Shown piece after piece: positions 50,887-62,972 of a stretch of DNA of 64,000 bases. Below the pieces are notes generated by a model. It searched no databases. It had not been told where the DNA came from and saw nothing but the letters and a program-made list of their open reading frames with translations. Origin of the DNA: an uncultured Chloroflexia bacterium (lineage in GTDB: Bacteria > Chloroflexota > Limnocylindria > Limnocylindrales > CSP1-4); assembly GCA_963748625.1 (NCBI GenBank), contig CAVVJT010000007.1, positions 1,120,001-1,184,000 of the forward strand. The letters are read 5' to 3'. The position numbers and the translations under genes are program-made. Every line of letters begins with the position of its first letter. Within the stretch, counting starts at the first letter, position 1.

Positions 50887-51672
50887 CTACTCGCCCAGGA
50901 TCGGCCGGCCGCGGCGCATCGCCAGCTCGTGGTTCGCCCAGAGGCGCAGGCGCGTCATCCAGAAGTCCTTGACCGCCCGCCAGATGACCGACGGCTTGGC
51001 GCCCGTGGGCGAGCCCGCGGTCCGCGCGTAGTGCGGGACGCCGACCTCCGCGATCGTCCGCCCACGCTGCAGGGTCTTGATCAGGAGCTCGGCGGAGAAG
51101 AACGCGCCGCCGGATTCCACGCGCACACCCTCGAGCGCCTCGCGGCGGAACAGCTTGGCGGCACAGTCCACGTCGCGGACCTTGAGGCCGTAGAAGATCC
51201 GGTTCGCCAGCTTGTACGTGCGGGCGTACGCGATGCGGATGAAGGGGTCTGCGCGCTTGATCCGGTAGCCGACGACGACGTCGGGGTGGTCCGCCTCCGC
51301 CAGGCGGGCTGTGAGCCGGGCAAGGTCCGCGATCCTGAACTGCAGGTCGCCGTCGGTGAAGGCCAGCAGCTCGTAGCGCGAGGTCTCGAAGCCGGATCGC
51401 AGGGCGCCCCCGTAGCCTCGGTTCGGGTTGTGGTGGACGACCCGCACGATGTCAGGGTGCGCGGCCGCCAGGCGGTCCGCGATCTCGCCCGTGCGGTCCT
51501 TCGACCCGTCGTTCACCGCGATGATCTCGAACGTCTCCGCGATGGCGGGCAGCGCCTCGAGCGCCTCGGCCACGAGCGCCTCGATGTTGGCCTCCTCGTT
51601 GTGGGCCGGGAAGAAGTAGGACAGCCGGGCGACCCGGGCCGGGGCCGGAGCGTCGGCGGCGGGATCGGTCAT
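50887..51672 (-). CDS. GT2 glycosyltransferase, DPM1/Ppm1-like polyprenyl-phosphate glycosyltransferase
   Basis: PAHNEE, VNDGSKDRT, NRGYGGALRSG, TDGDLQ, RDVDCA. Confidence 0.85.
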   Translation of the reverse strand: MTDPAADAPAPARVARLSYFFPAHNEEANIEALVAEALEALPAIAETFEIIAVNDGSKDRTGEIADRLAAAHPDIVRVVHHNPNRGYGGALRSGFETSRYELLAFTDGDLQFRIADLARLTARLAEADHPDVVVGYRIKRADPFIRIAYARTYKLANRIFYGLKVRDVDCAAKLFRREALEGVRVESGGAFFSAELLIKTLQRGRTIAEVGVPHYARTAGSPTGAKPSVIWRAVKDFWMTRLRLWANHELAMRRGRPILGE

Positions 51673-51774
51673 CGGGTGGTCTCCAGGCGGCCCGTGGGGC
51701 GGGATGGCGTGAGCGCGTTGCGGACAGCTCCGATCGTATGGCGTCCCGCGACGACGTGTGTCGCCACCACCGCC

Positions 51775-53229
51775 CTACCAGCCAAGGATCTGGCCCCAGA
51801 TCACGCCCCAGGCATTGATGAGGATGCCCGCCACCACCAGGATCCACGCGAGGATGCGGGGCCGGCCGTCCACGCGCGCCGCCCCCAGTGCGACCATCGG
51901 CAGCAGGAAGGGGATGAAGTCCAGCGAGAAGCGATAGCCCCACTGGACCCAGCCCTGCGAGAAATGCGCGAGATTGAACAAGGCGATGATCAGGACCGCA
52001 CCCCCGCTGCCGACCGCGAGCCGCGCGAACCCCCGCTGCATGAACGCGAAGACCGCGAGCAGCAGGCCCGGCGCTGAGAGCAGGATGCTGGTCCCGATGT
52101 CGATCGGCATCGCCCACGGGCAGTCGATGTCGAACAGGGAGCGGGTCGCCCCGGGCGCCGTGCACAGGTAGACCGTGTCCCCGAAACCGAGCGTGTTCGG
52201 CTTGATGTCGGGCAGGATGACCGGCAGGGCGCCGAACATGATCGCGATGTTCTGGGGGATGTAGCGCAGGTCCTCCACGGACCAGTCCGGGTTGTAGCCC
52301 AGCGTCCCGTACCCGTTGGCCTCGAGCTGGTACTGGTACTCGTAGCCCGGGTGCATGACCGAGCCGGTGGTGGCGTACGTGTAGAGCAGCAGGGCGGCCA
52401 CCGGGACGAAGCCGCCCACGCCCGCTGAGACGAGGCGCCTGGTCCGCGAGCCGCCACCACCCACGAAGATGAAGAACGGCGCGGCGAAGATCAGCGGCAG
52501 GCGCGCGGTGACGCCCAGGCCCAGCAGGAAGCCGACCAGCACCTGCGAGCGGTCCAGGGGCCAGGCCCGGGCACGAAGGCGCTGCAGCCTCGAGTCGGGG
52601 ACACCGGCCGCTTCCATCCGTTCGGCATCGCGGTCGTCCTCGTCCCATGGATCCTCGTCGGCCGCGAGCGGATCGTGGCGCAGCGCGATGCCCACCGCCA
52701 GGAGCCCCAGGTTCACCGCCACCAGGTGGGCGAGGTACCAGGTGCTGCCCACGGCGCTGGCCCACCACCACACCGTGCCGGTGGCGAAGATGACCGTCGT
52801 CAGCGCCCGGACCGCTGTCCGGATGCGGAGCCCGCCCAGCATCCACCAGGTGGCCACCACGCCGAGGCCGCCCAGGGCGATCGCGACGGCCTCCTGGTCG
52901 GCGGTGAGGCCCCAGATCGCCACGAACGGCAGCAGCACGATCGCGGGCAGCGGAGGGAACGGAAGGAGGGCGCGGCCCGTCTGGTTGCCGTCGGCGTCGA
53001 GCACGGGGAAGACGTCGTTGAAGTAGCTGTTGCCGGGCTGGCCGTCGACGCCTTCGACGGGATACGGGATCCAGCCTCGTCCCTGCAGGAAGGCGTCGGC
53101 CTGCCACACGAAGTGGTTGTAGGAGTTCCAGTGCTCGGGGTTCGAGAGCCAGTAGGCGCCCAGCGCGGCGAGCGCGATAAGCACGCCGATCACCCACGCG
53201 CTGGCGCGCGCGCCGGGCGTGGCGTCCAC
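51775..53229 (-). CDS. Polytopic membrane protein, probable GT-C glycosyltransferase (start approximate)
   Basis: About 10 TM; HFVWQADAFLQGR, PFPPLPA, QWGYRFSLDF. Confidence 0.6.
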   Translation of the reverse strand: MDATPGARASAWVIGVLIALAALGAYWLSNPEHWNSYNHFVWQADAFLQGRGWIPYPVEGVDGQPGNSYFNDVFPVLDADGNQTGRALLPFPPLPAIVLLPFVAIWGLTADQEAVAIALGGLGVVATWWMLGGLRIRTAVRALTTVIFATGTVWWWASAVGSTWYLAHLVAVNLGLLAVGIALRHDPLAADEDPWDEDDRDAERMEAAGVPDSRLQRLRARAWPLDRSQVLVGFLLGLGVTARLPLIFAAPFFIFVGGGGSRTRRLVSAGVGGFVPVAALLLYTYATTGSVMHPGYEYQYQLEANGYGTLGYNPDWSVEDLRYIPQNIAIMFGALPVILPDIKPNTLGFGDTVYLCTAPGATRSLFDIDCPWAMPIDIGTSILLSAPGLLLAVFAFMQRGFARLAVGSGGAVLIIALFNLAHFSQGWVQWGYRFSLDFIPFLLPMVALGAARVDGRPRILAWILVVAGILINAWGVIWGQILGW

Positions 53230-53305
53230 GGAGGAGGTCGGGGCGGGTGAGGGGGACCCCTCGGCTATACTCGGCGGCACCTTCAACGCTGCGTAGGAGG
53301 CTCCC

Positions 53306-56300
53306 GTGACCGCTCTGGGTTCGGGTGTGCCCGACCGGGAGACGATTTCGGACGAAGCCCCCCGGCGAGGCCTCGGCCGTGACATCGTGGCCGTCCTCGC
53401 GATCGGCCTGCTGTTCCGGCTGATTCTGGCATATGGCATCCCGGGCCTGCGAGGCTCCGGGTTCGACACGGACTTGAACCTGTTCCGCTATTGGGCGGAC
53501 ACCCTGGCAACCCATGGTCCGTGGGGCTTCTACGCGAACGCATCGTACGCGGACTACACCCCGGGCTACCTCTACGCCTTGTGGCTCGTCGGGCTCGTCG
53601 GCCAGCTGTTCGGCGGCGTGGGCGACCTCATCAAGATCCCCGCGATCCTCACCGACATCGTGATGGGCTACCTCGTGTGGTCGATGGCGCTGGAGCTGGG
53701 CGTCACCCGCAAGCGCGCGGTGATCGCGGCGGCGATCGTCCTGTTCAATCCCGTGACCTGGTTCGACTCGGTCATCTGGGGCCAGGTGGACAGCTTCGGC
53801 ACGGTGTTCCTGCTGCTGGCGATCCGCGAGCTGTGGCGCGGCCGGAGCGAGCGGTCCGCCGTGTTCGCCGTGATGGCCGCGATCACCAAGCCGCAGCTGG
53901 CGATCCTGATCCCGATCGTGGCGCTGGTGGTGATCCGGCGCTCGCTGTGGCCGAAGGGCGCCTGGGGCGACGAGATCGCACCTCGGATCAGGGGCTTCGC
54001 GTGGGAGCGGAACCTCACCGGCTGGGTGCGCATCCTGACCACCGGCGTGGCCGGCTTCGTGACCGCTGTCCTGCTGGCCCTCCCGTTCGGCCTGACGGTC
54101 CTGGTCCCGACCACCACGGCCCCGTTCCTGGACTCCTCGCTGCTGCGGCTGATCCTGTCCACCGCCGGGGTCTACCCGTACCTCACGGTCAACGCCTACA
54201 ACATCTGGGCACTGTTTCCCGTGGACGGGGTGAGCATGGCCACGGGCGGTGGCTGGCTGTTCGACTCGGCGGCTCCTGATGCGACGGTCTGGGGCCAGAT
54301 CGGACCGCTGGCCGCCGCCACCGTGGGCGCCATCCTGCTGCTGGCGGTCGCGGGGCTGGTGGCCATCGCCGTGGCGCGCCGGCCCGACCGGCTCACGATC
54401 CTGGTTGGCACCTGCGTCATCGCCTTCGCGTTCTTCGCCGTCCCCACCAGGGTCCACGAGCGGTACCTGTTCCCCTTGTTCGGGATGGCCGGAATCCTCA
54501 TCGCCTTCTCCTGGCGCTGGCGGGTGGCGTACCTCGTGGCGTCGATCGCGACGTTCCTGAACATGTACGTGGTCCTGACCACGCTCTACGGCGACATGAA
54601 CCCCAACGTGTCGGACTGGCTGGGCATCGGGGAGTGGATCCGCTCGCCATTCGGCGTGACGGTGGTGGCCGTGCTCCACACGGCGGCGTTCCTGTGGGCG
54701 CTGGCACAGCTGCGGCCGAAGGCCCGTCGGACGCTCGCGGCCGAGCTGGCGACGGGCGGGATCGAGGAGCGGGTGCTCGACGCGGCAGAGGACGCGGCGC
54801 GCGCGCCGGTCCCGCATGCGCTGCCCGAGGGTGTGACGGTGACGGCGGGCTCGACCGTGGCGGGGGTGCCCGTGGCGGGCTCGCCCGTGGCGGCGGCTGC
54901 CCGTGGCAGGCGACCGCCGTGGCGGCAACCGCACCGGGCGCTCGCGCGGCAGGGCGGGCGGAGCCTCCGGCCCTCGTCCCGGCCTGGTACGACCGGCCCT
55001 CCTGGACGGTGCTCGGGCCGATCGCCTGGTTCCGCGCGCGCCTTGGTGAGACGCCGATCCGCCCGGACCGCTCGGCCGAGCTGGACCGGGAGCGGCACGG
55101 CCGGATCGACAGGCTCGACGTGTTCCTCGTCGTGCTCTTCGTGGTGGCCACGCTGCTCCTGCGCGGCTACCGCCTGGCCGAGCCCGCCCGGATGCATTTC
55201 GACGAGGTCTACCACGCCCGGACCGCCACCGAGTTCCTCCAGTTCTGGCGCTACGGGATCTCCCACAACATCTACGAGTGGACCCACCCGCACCTCGCGA
55301 AGTACGTGATGGCGGGCGGCATCGCCGCCTTCTCCGGTCACGACGTGGCGTCCTCGTCCAGCCTGGGGGTCAACGTCCGCGACGCGGTCGTGGAGCCTCG
55401 CCGCGACGATCCCACGGGGTCCGGCGCCCGCTCCGGCGACCGCGTCTGGGTGGCCACTGGATCCCAGCTGGTCGCCTACGACCTCGAGACCCGCGCGCTC
55501 GCCTGGCAGTTCGAGCTGCCGGGCGCCTCGGCGGTGGCGTTCGATGACGCCACACTGGAGCTCATGGTGGGCACCGACGGCGGGTCCGTCCTGACGCTGG
55601 ACACGACGCAGCTCGATGGGGCGACCGGTGACCCGGCCGTGCCGCCTGCGGAGCTGTTCCCTGTTGCCACGCTGGATGCCGCCGTCCACCGCCTGGCGCC
55701 CTTCGCCGACGGCGAGCATGCAGCGGCGCTGATCGCCGGCGACATGGTGGCGGTGGTGGACCTGGGCACGAGCGAGGTGACCGGGTCCACGGTGGTGGAG
55801 GGTGCCGCCGACCTGGTCCCGGTGAGCGGCATCGACGGGATCATCGTGCGCCCGTCCGAGGTCACGGATCCATCGACCGCCGCCGCCGAGCTCGTGGCCG
55901 CGTTGGGTGGCGTGATGGCGGACATTGAGGCGCAGCTCACCCGCACCGACGTCGAGATGCTGGTGCTGGACGCCGTGCTGTCCGACGACGGTCGTACCGC
56001 GCTCCAGGCCGCGATCGAGGAGGGCCGCCTGACCGGCGTGGAGATCGGGCCGGTGGGCACCGTGGCGGTCGCCGGGGCCGAGGGCATCACGATGGTGGCG
56101 GTCTCGGGCGGCATCACCGGCACCGTCGATCTCGACGGGCCGGCCAAGGGTCTCGCGCTGGTGGACGGCGTGGACGATGGGACCCAGCTGTATGCGACCA
56201 CCACCGCGGCCGACGGCACGCCGCAGGTCGCGGTCATCGCCGTGACCGGGGACTCGGCCGCCGACGGTCCCGTCACCACGAGCACGTTCGAACTGCCGGG

Positions 56301-58917
56301 CCCCGGGTCACGCGTGATCTTCGACGCGGCGGCCGAGATGGTCCACGTGCAGGGCGAGGCCCCCGAGGGCGACGGGCTGGTGGTCTACGTCGTGGAGCCG
56401 CACGGCAAGAGCGTCTTCGCCGATCACGACCTGCCCTTCACCCCGACGGCGGTGGCGCTCGACCACAACGCGCAGTTCCCCAGCTCCACGCGCGGTGCCC
56501 TGCTGGCCTTCTCGGCCGATGGCCAGGCCGCGAGCCTGGACATCGCGCAGTACGTGTTCGCCTGGCGCGTGCCCGGCGTCATCTTCGGGGCGCTCACCGC
56601 GGCGGTGATCTACCTGCTCACCCGGGTGCTCTTCCGGCGCCGCGACGTGGCCCTCCTCGCCGGGCTGTTCGTGCTCGTGGACGGGATGTTCTTCGTCCAG
56701 AGCCGCATCGCCATGAACGACGTCTACACGGGCTTCTTCATCCTGGCCGCGTACCTGGGCTTCGCCTGGCTCTACGTCACCCCAGAGCGGCCACGCTGGG
56801 CCTTCTGGGCCGTGCTGCCGGCGATCGGTGTGATGCTGGGCCTGGCGTTGGCCTCGAAGTGGGTGGCGGCATACGCGATCGGTGCGCTGGGGATCCTGTA
56901 CCTGATGCGGTCCGCGCTGGGCCGGCTGATCCTGATCGCCGGGATGGTGGCCGTCACCGCGGTCCTGGGCTGGATGGCGCTCGCCGTGCCCGAGGGGACC
57001 GACGGCGCCGGCAACCTGCCCTTCGTGCTGATCATGATCGGCCTGACCCTGGCCACGGTGGCGCTCACCGTCTACCGGCCGGTCGCCTGGTCCGACGACG
57101 AGGCGCGCTTCGCGTTCGTGGGACCCGCGGCCGTCGGCATCCTGGTCGCCCTGACCTCCATCGCGCTCGGCAAGGCCGACAGCTCGTTCGCGATCGGCCC
57201 ATTTGCGCTCACGCCACTGCTGCTGGGCTTCGGCCTGGTGGTGCTGGGGCTCGTGGCCTACGGGGCATTTGCGCTAGCCGCGCGGTTCGGCGTCGGTCCG
57301 TTCGCGCCGAACCACGACCGGCCCGGAGGGCCACCACCCGCCACCCCCGCGCCCGAGGGCTGGCTGCGCATGGGCTGGGGCCTGGGCTTTCCCGTGGTCT
57401 GGCTCGCAGCCTCGCTGCTGGTGCTGCCGATCGTCGTCTACGTGGCCCTCTACCTCCCGTGGGCGTTCATCGACAACCACCAGCTCGTCGAGGGCTGGCC
57501 CGTTGGCCACACCGGCCAGACGCTGGTCGAGCTGACCGGCGAGATGTACCGCTACCACAACAACCTCACCGCAGCGCACGCCGCCTCCTCGCCGTGGTGG
57601 GCGTGGCCGGCGAACCTCAAGCCGGTCTGGTTCTACCAGGGCAGCTTCGCGGGTGGCACGGCGGCCGCGATCTACGACGCGGGCAGCATCGTCCTGTGGT
57701 GGATGAGCATCCCTGCGATGGTCTTCGTGGCGTTCCAGGCGTACCGGCGCCGCAGCGTCGCGCTGGCGCTGATCGTGGTGGCGTTCCTGGCCCAGTGGGT
57801 GTCGTGGGCACGGATCGACCGGGCCGCGTTCCAGTACCACTACTACACGAGCCTGCCGTTCGTGATGATGGCCCTCGCCTACTTCGTGGCCGAGGTCTGG
57901 CACGGGGCATCACGCCGCACGTGGCTGCTGGCCCGGGTGGCCGCGGCAACGTCGCGTTGATGGGGCCGGTGATCATGTGGGTGCTGCGCTACCCGCTGTG
58001 CTCCATCGCCGGCGTGGAGTCGGTCAATGCGGGCTCCCAGGCCTGCAACGGGAACCCGGGCAACCTGGTGGTGACGCCGGCAACGGCCGGCCTCGTGGTG
58101 GTCATCGCGGTCACGCGTGATCGTGATGGTCAAGCTGCTCTACGACCTCGGGCGGCCGCGGGTGGGTGATCGTGCCCTGTCCGCGCGGGACCTGGCGCCG
58201 CTGCTGCTGACCGCGGCGATCGGCGTGGTGGCGCTGCTCATCTCGCGGGCGCTGCCGGATGAGGAGCCGCTGTTCTCCTTCAACGGCGTGATCCCGGAGG
58301 TCATCGCGCTGATCGCGGCCATCCCGCTTGGGCTGGTGGCCATCCAGGTCGCGACGGCACGCGATGCACGGCGGTTCGTGGCGGGCCTCGTGGCGACCGC
58401 GGTGATCTGGTTCGCGGTGCTCTACCCGAACATCTCGGCCCTGCCGCTGCCGTCCGCGGTGGTCAACGCCTACCAGGGCCTGCTGCCGACCTACCTGTAC
58501 GCCTTCCAGTTCAACGTGAACACGATCGACCGGAGCGGCGCGATCTCGTTCGCGGATCCGCGGTTCGCGATCCTGCTGGTCGTGCTGGTGGTGGCGGCCG
58601 CGGTGGTGGCCTACTCGGCGTGGGCGTGGCGCCAGGCGCTGGCCGAGCCGGTTGACGATGGCCCAGGCGAGGACGGGCCCGTAACAGGCGACGGCGCGGG
58701 CGGCGGTGCGGGCGGCGAGCGCGATGGCGGGCCCGTGGGCGAGGCCCGGAGCGGCGTAGGGCCGAGGGCGTCGCCCTCGCTGGCGTGGGTGCGGGTTGGC
58801 TCCAGGCTCAACGGCAGCGGCAGCGGCTGGCCGACGCGCGGCGACGGCGGCACCGGTGCGTGGAAGTGCGGCGGCAGCTGGCCAGCCGCCGCAAGCCTCC
58901 GGATGACGAAGCCGTAG
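53306..58917 (+). CDS. Giant GT-C fusion: mannosyltransferase-like domain + PMT (GT39)-like domain with large soluble insert; frameshifts near 54910, 57948 and 58115
   Basis: DYTPGYLY, WGQVDS, KPQ, TVNAYNIW, TRVHERY; then HFDEVYHARTA, YEWTHPHLAK, SRIAMND, ALASKW, HAASSPWWAWP, FQYHY. Confidence 0.75.
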
Positions 58918-60006
58918 TAGTCGTCCACCTTGGCGGTCACGCGCGGCCAGGAGAACTCCTCGGCGCGCACGATGCCGTTCTGCCGCATCCGCTCCGCCAT
59001 CGCCTTGTCGCGCAGCAGCGTGCCGATCGCCTCGGCGATCGCGTCGCTGTCCTTCGGCGGGACCAGCAGCGCCTCGCGGCCGCGCCGGACGACGCCCTTG
59101 TAGCCGTGGATGTCGGACGCCACGATCGGGCGCTCCGGCTGCCATCGCCTCGAGCAGCACGATGCCGAACGACTCGCGTCCCGTGGCGGGGGTCACGTAG
59201 ACGTCGCAGGTGCGGAAGAGCTGGTTGCGCTCGTCATCCGACACGCGGCCCAGGAAGTGCACGCCCTGGAGGCGGCGGGTGGCGACGTAGCGACGCGCCT
59301 CGCGCTCCTGGGGGCCGCCGCCCACGAGCAGGAGGCGCGACGTCCTCGCACGCCCGACTTGCGCAGGGTGCCGATACCCCTTGAGCAGGTCCAGCACGCC
59401 CTTGCGGGGCTCGAAGCGGCCGACGAACAGGATGTTCCGTGTTCCGTCCTGCCAGCGGGTCAACGGCACGGCGCGCTGGAACCGGGTGGGGTCCACGCCG
59501 TTGGGGATGACCTTGTAGTCACCGGGGAAGTAGCGGTCGATGAAATGGCGGGCCGCCGCGCTCACCGCGATGCGGCCGTGCAGGCGCTCCGCGTAGCGGC
59601 GCATCGCCCATTTGCCGAACTCGTACGCCGGTGACCAGCCGCCATACGCATGGAACGTGCCGATGTTGACCGACTGGCTCTCCTGGAGCACGACGAGCGA
59701 GAGGAACGGCACGAAGGGCTCGTGGAAGTGGAGGACGTCGAAGCGCTCCTCATCGAGGAGGGCACGGGCCTGGGAGATGTAGCGCGGCGACAGGGTGATC
59801 GTCCCGACCGAGCCGTTGGCCGGCATCGAGAAGCCCTTGCCGAGCCGGATGACGTCGCCCTCGGATGAGCGCTGGAGGCCGTGCGACGACGAGATGATCC
59901 GGACGTCGTGGCCGCGGAGGCGCAGGTTCTCGTAGAGGAACCGGACGTGCTGGGTCACCCCGCCGGGGAGCGGGTAGACGTACGGGGAGACCAGCCCGAT
60001 CTTCAC
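58611..60006 (-). CDS. pimA: GT4 phosphatidyl-myo-inositol mannosyltransferase (PimA-like); frameshifts near 59135 and 59345-59375; 3' end uncertain
   Basis: KIGLVSPY..PGGV, ANGSV, DVLHFHEP, RIAVS, GRFEPRKG, ESFGIVLLEAMAAG, ASDI; operon with ino1 and acyltransferases. Confidence 0.75.
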
Positions 60007-60865
60007 CCGGCCGACTCGTCGTGCAGGCGCTCGTCGTGCAGGCGGCGGGCCAGGTCGCGGTCGAACACGGCCGGGCGCTGCATGCCCCCGGGATAGCCGA
60101 GATCCCGGCCGGTGCTGTCGCGCCGGACGAACCCGGTCGCCGTGGCCCGCCAGCCCCGGGCGTACTTCGCCAACTGCCCGCCGTAGACCCCGAGCTGCTC
60201 GAACGACCCGTGGAAGCCGCCGTGGCTGGTCGTGGTGCCAGCGGTGATGGCGGCCCGCACATCGTCCGGGCGTGCGCCCCGGGAACGTCGTCCAGCACGC
60301 TGCCGATCGCAGCGAGCGCGTGCGCGTCGCTGTTGCCGACGGCGGGCAGGCCCACCTCATCGGCGAACCGGACAACCGCATCGTGGCGGTACTTGCCCAG
60401 CGCCGTGGGATTCCAGGTCTCGAGCGCGTCGGGGTGCACGGAAGGATTGTCGTCGTTCAGGAGGCGCCGGATCGCGCTTCCCTGCGCGCACATGGGGAAC
60501 GGCACGAGCGGGTGGGCGGGGATGGCGAGGCCACCCTGGTCGTGGATGGCCTCGATCGACCAGCGCAGGCTCTTCATGGACGGGACCGGCCGCTCCAGGA
60601 AGAGGGCGAGCAGGTGTCCGCCACGGGTGCTGACCTCCTCGCCCACGATCACCTGGACCCGCAGGCCCTGGTCCTGCGCCATCTGGCGGGCGGCCAGGCC
60701 GGAGTCCACCCGCTCGTGGTCGGCGATCGCGATCACGTCCAGGACACCCTCGGCCTCCACGTGGTCGAGCACGGCCTGGACCGGCGCCGTCCCGTCCGAA
60801 GCCCAGGTGTGGATGTGCAGGTCGGCGCGGCCCCGGCGGACGGTCGGGTCGAGGTGCTCGCTCAC
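60003..60865 (-). CDS. PHP domain metal-dependent phosphoesterase; frameshifts near 60270-60290
   Basis: DLHIHT..SDG, IADH, GEEVST..GHL, PAHP, GNSDAH. Confidence 0.82.
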
Positions 60866-61896
60866 TCGGCCTCCCGCCTGGAACCGGCCTCATCGCTGGG
60901 GCCGGCCTCGCCCGCGGAACCCACGACCAGGTCGGGCCAGATCGGGTGGAAGGCACCCCACCACTGCTCGGGCGCATCGGCGAGGATCGTCTCGAACTCC
61001 TCGGTGATCCTCCGCGTCAGCTCCATGACGCGCTCCCGGCGCGTCCCCTCGACCGGGGTGGGCACCAGCCAGAGCTTGCCGCCGTACCGGCCGTGCTTGA
61101 GGCGTCGCGCGCTGCCGACGTAGACCGGCGCACCCCCTTCGATGGCGAGCAGGGCGGGCGCCGGCGACATGGGGGCGTCGTGGCCGAAGAACGGCATCGG
61201 CATGCCCGTCCCCGTGAGATCACGATCGCCGACCATGCCGATCGACCGGCCCTCCTTGAGCGCACGGATCAGGGGACGGCGGGCGTCCTTGAGCGGGATG
61301 ACGTTCACGCCCACCCGACTGCGGCTCTCGACGAACCACCGCTGGAGCGCCGGGTCGGCGACGGTCTCCATGGGCGCCGTCACGTGGTGTCCGAGCTGCT
61401 GGGAGATGTACACGACCGGCATCTCGATGGCCCCGAAGTGCATTCCGATGATCACGATCGGCCGCCCGGACTGGAGCGCCTCGCGGACGTCGTCGGGCGT
61501 CTCCACGTCCATCCTCGCGAGGCTGGAGGCTGCGTCGTACGCGCCAGTTCGCGCCACCTCGAGGTAGTAGCGGGTCGCATGACGGAAGCAGGCCCTGACC
61601 AGCCGCTCGAGCGCCTCGGGGTCCGTGGCAGCGCGCCGGGCGCGGGCAGGTCCCCGCCCCTGGGCGGCGAGGCCCTCGCACACGCGCCGCAGGTTGGCAC
61701 GCGCCTGGGCAGCCTTGTCCGGCGCGATGCGGTACCAGAGCTCGCCGACGGACTCGGCCGCCGCCACCAGCGGCGCCTCCGGGAGTGCTGCGAGCACGCG
61801 GGCGCCGCCCAACAGGAGCATCGCGCGGAACGAGCGCCCGGGTGCGCGGCCCGCGAGCGGTGAACCCGTCCCGTCAGAGCCCGCCGCGACGCTCAC
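60862..61896 (-). CDS. Lipid acyltransferase, PatA/LpxL family (copy 2)
   Basis: RYYLE, MHFGAIE, VGDRDL, PFFG, PALLA, APEQW. Confidence 0.85.
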   Translation of the reverse strand: MSVAAGSDGTGSPLAGRAPGRSFRAMLLLGGARVLAALPEAPLVAAAESVGELWYRIAPDKAAQARANLRRVCEGLAAQGRGPARARRAATDPEALERLVRACFRHATRYYLEVARTGAYDAASSLARMDVETPDDVREALQSGRPIVIIGMHFGAIEMPVVYISQQLGHHVTAPMETVADPALQRWFVESRSRVGVNVIPLKDARRPLIRALKEGRSIGMVGDRDLTGTGMPMPFFGHDAPMSPAPALLAIEGGAPVYVGSARRLKHGRYGGKLWLVPTPVEGTRRERVMELTRRITEEFETILADAPEQWWGAFHPIWPDLVVGSAGEAGPSDEAGSRREAE

Positions 61897-62972
61897 GTCG
61901 ATGCGCCGCCCCCGCCCCCGGCGCCCTCGGACGCAGCAGCGGCCGGTCGCGCCGCGCCCCCGGCGCCCTCGGGCGCAGAAGCGGCAGACAGCGCTACGCC
62001 CTCCAGCATCGCCGCCGCGCGCCGCTCGAGCTCGGCTGCTTCGGCCGGATCGTCCGGCCAGATCGGCTTGAAGCTGTACCACTGCTCCGGCGCCGCCCGG
62101 ACCGCCATCTCCAGGAAGTCCGCGATGCGCTGCGTGGCACGCTGGAGCGTCGCCGGGTCGCTCGCGTCCACGCTGAACATGCCGTGGCTCACGACGTGGA
62201 ACTTGCCCTCGGGCGTGCGGCGGATCGCGAGCGGTGCGATCAGGGCCCCCGTCTTGGCGGCAAGCGTGGCCGGACCGGCCGGCAGGGTCGTCCAGGCGTC
62301 GAAGACCTTCACTGGAATCCCGTCGGGCCGGTAGCCCCAGTCAACCACGAGGGCCACGATCTCCTTCCTGCGCAGCACAGTGAACAGCTCGCGCAGGTTC
62401 CGCCAGGGGATGACGTGGACGCCGAAGGACTCGCGCTCCTCGCGCAGGATCTCGAAGATCTCCGGGTAGGCCGAGTCGTCCGCGACCACGTTGGCCGGTA
62501 CGCCGCGGTGCGCGATGGCGGCGGCCACGGCCTCGTTGTTGCCGATGTGCCCGGCGACCACGATCACCGGGCGCCCGCTGGATGCCCAAGTGTCCAGGAT
62601 CTCGTCCATACCAGTGCCGACGAGCGCTGCGGCCCGCTCCGACTCCGGTCGAGACGGCAGGCGCATGAGCTCCACGATGTAGGACGCGTACGCCTTGTAG
62701 GCGCGCAGGGCCAGCCGGTGCACGCGCGGGTGGTTCGGCGGCAGGTGCAGGACGTGCGCGAAGTTGGCGCTGGAGAAGCGCCGCTTCGCCGGCCAGGCGA
62801 GATACGAGAGCTGCGACACGCCCGCGATCGCCGCCCGCGAGATGGCGGGCGGCACGAACCGCAGGACGGCAGCCGTCGTGCGATAGCCGACGACCGCCGT
62901 CTTCTCGACGATCCGCGGAGGGGTGTCCTCGAGGCGCCGGTGGGGCGCCTCGAGCTTGCGCTTCTGGGTCAC
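61893..62972 (-). CDS. Lipid acyltransferase, PatA/LpxL family (copy 1)
   Basis: [32 protein letters not shown]. Confidence 0.85.
   Translation of the reverse strand: MTQKRKLEAPHRRLEDTPPRIVEKTAVVGYRTTAAVLRFVPPAISRAAIAGVSQLSYLAWPAKRRFSSANFAHVLHLPPNHPRVHRLALRAYKAYASYIVELMRLPSRPESERAAALVGTGMDEILDTWASSGRPVIVVAGHIGNNEAVAAAIAHRGVPANVVADDSAYPEIFEILREERESFGVHVIPWRNLRELFTVLRRKEIVALVVDWGYRPDGIPVKVFDAWTTLPAGPATLAAKTGALIAPLAIRRTPEGKFHVVSHGMFSVDASDPATLQRATQRIADFLEMAVRAAPEQWYSFKPIWPDDPAEAAELERRAAAMLEGVALSAASAPEGAGGAARPAAAASEGAGGGGGAST

Noticed and set aside
58611-58917. 300-nt functional overlap of convergent GT-C and pimA genes
   Set aside because: Both tails are low complexity and lie in the indel-rich zone; true stops may be masked
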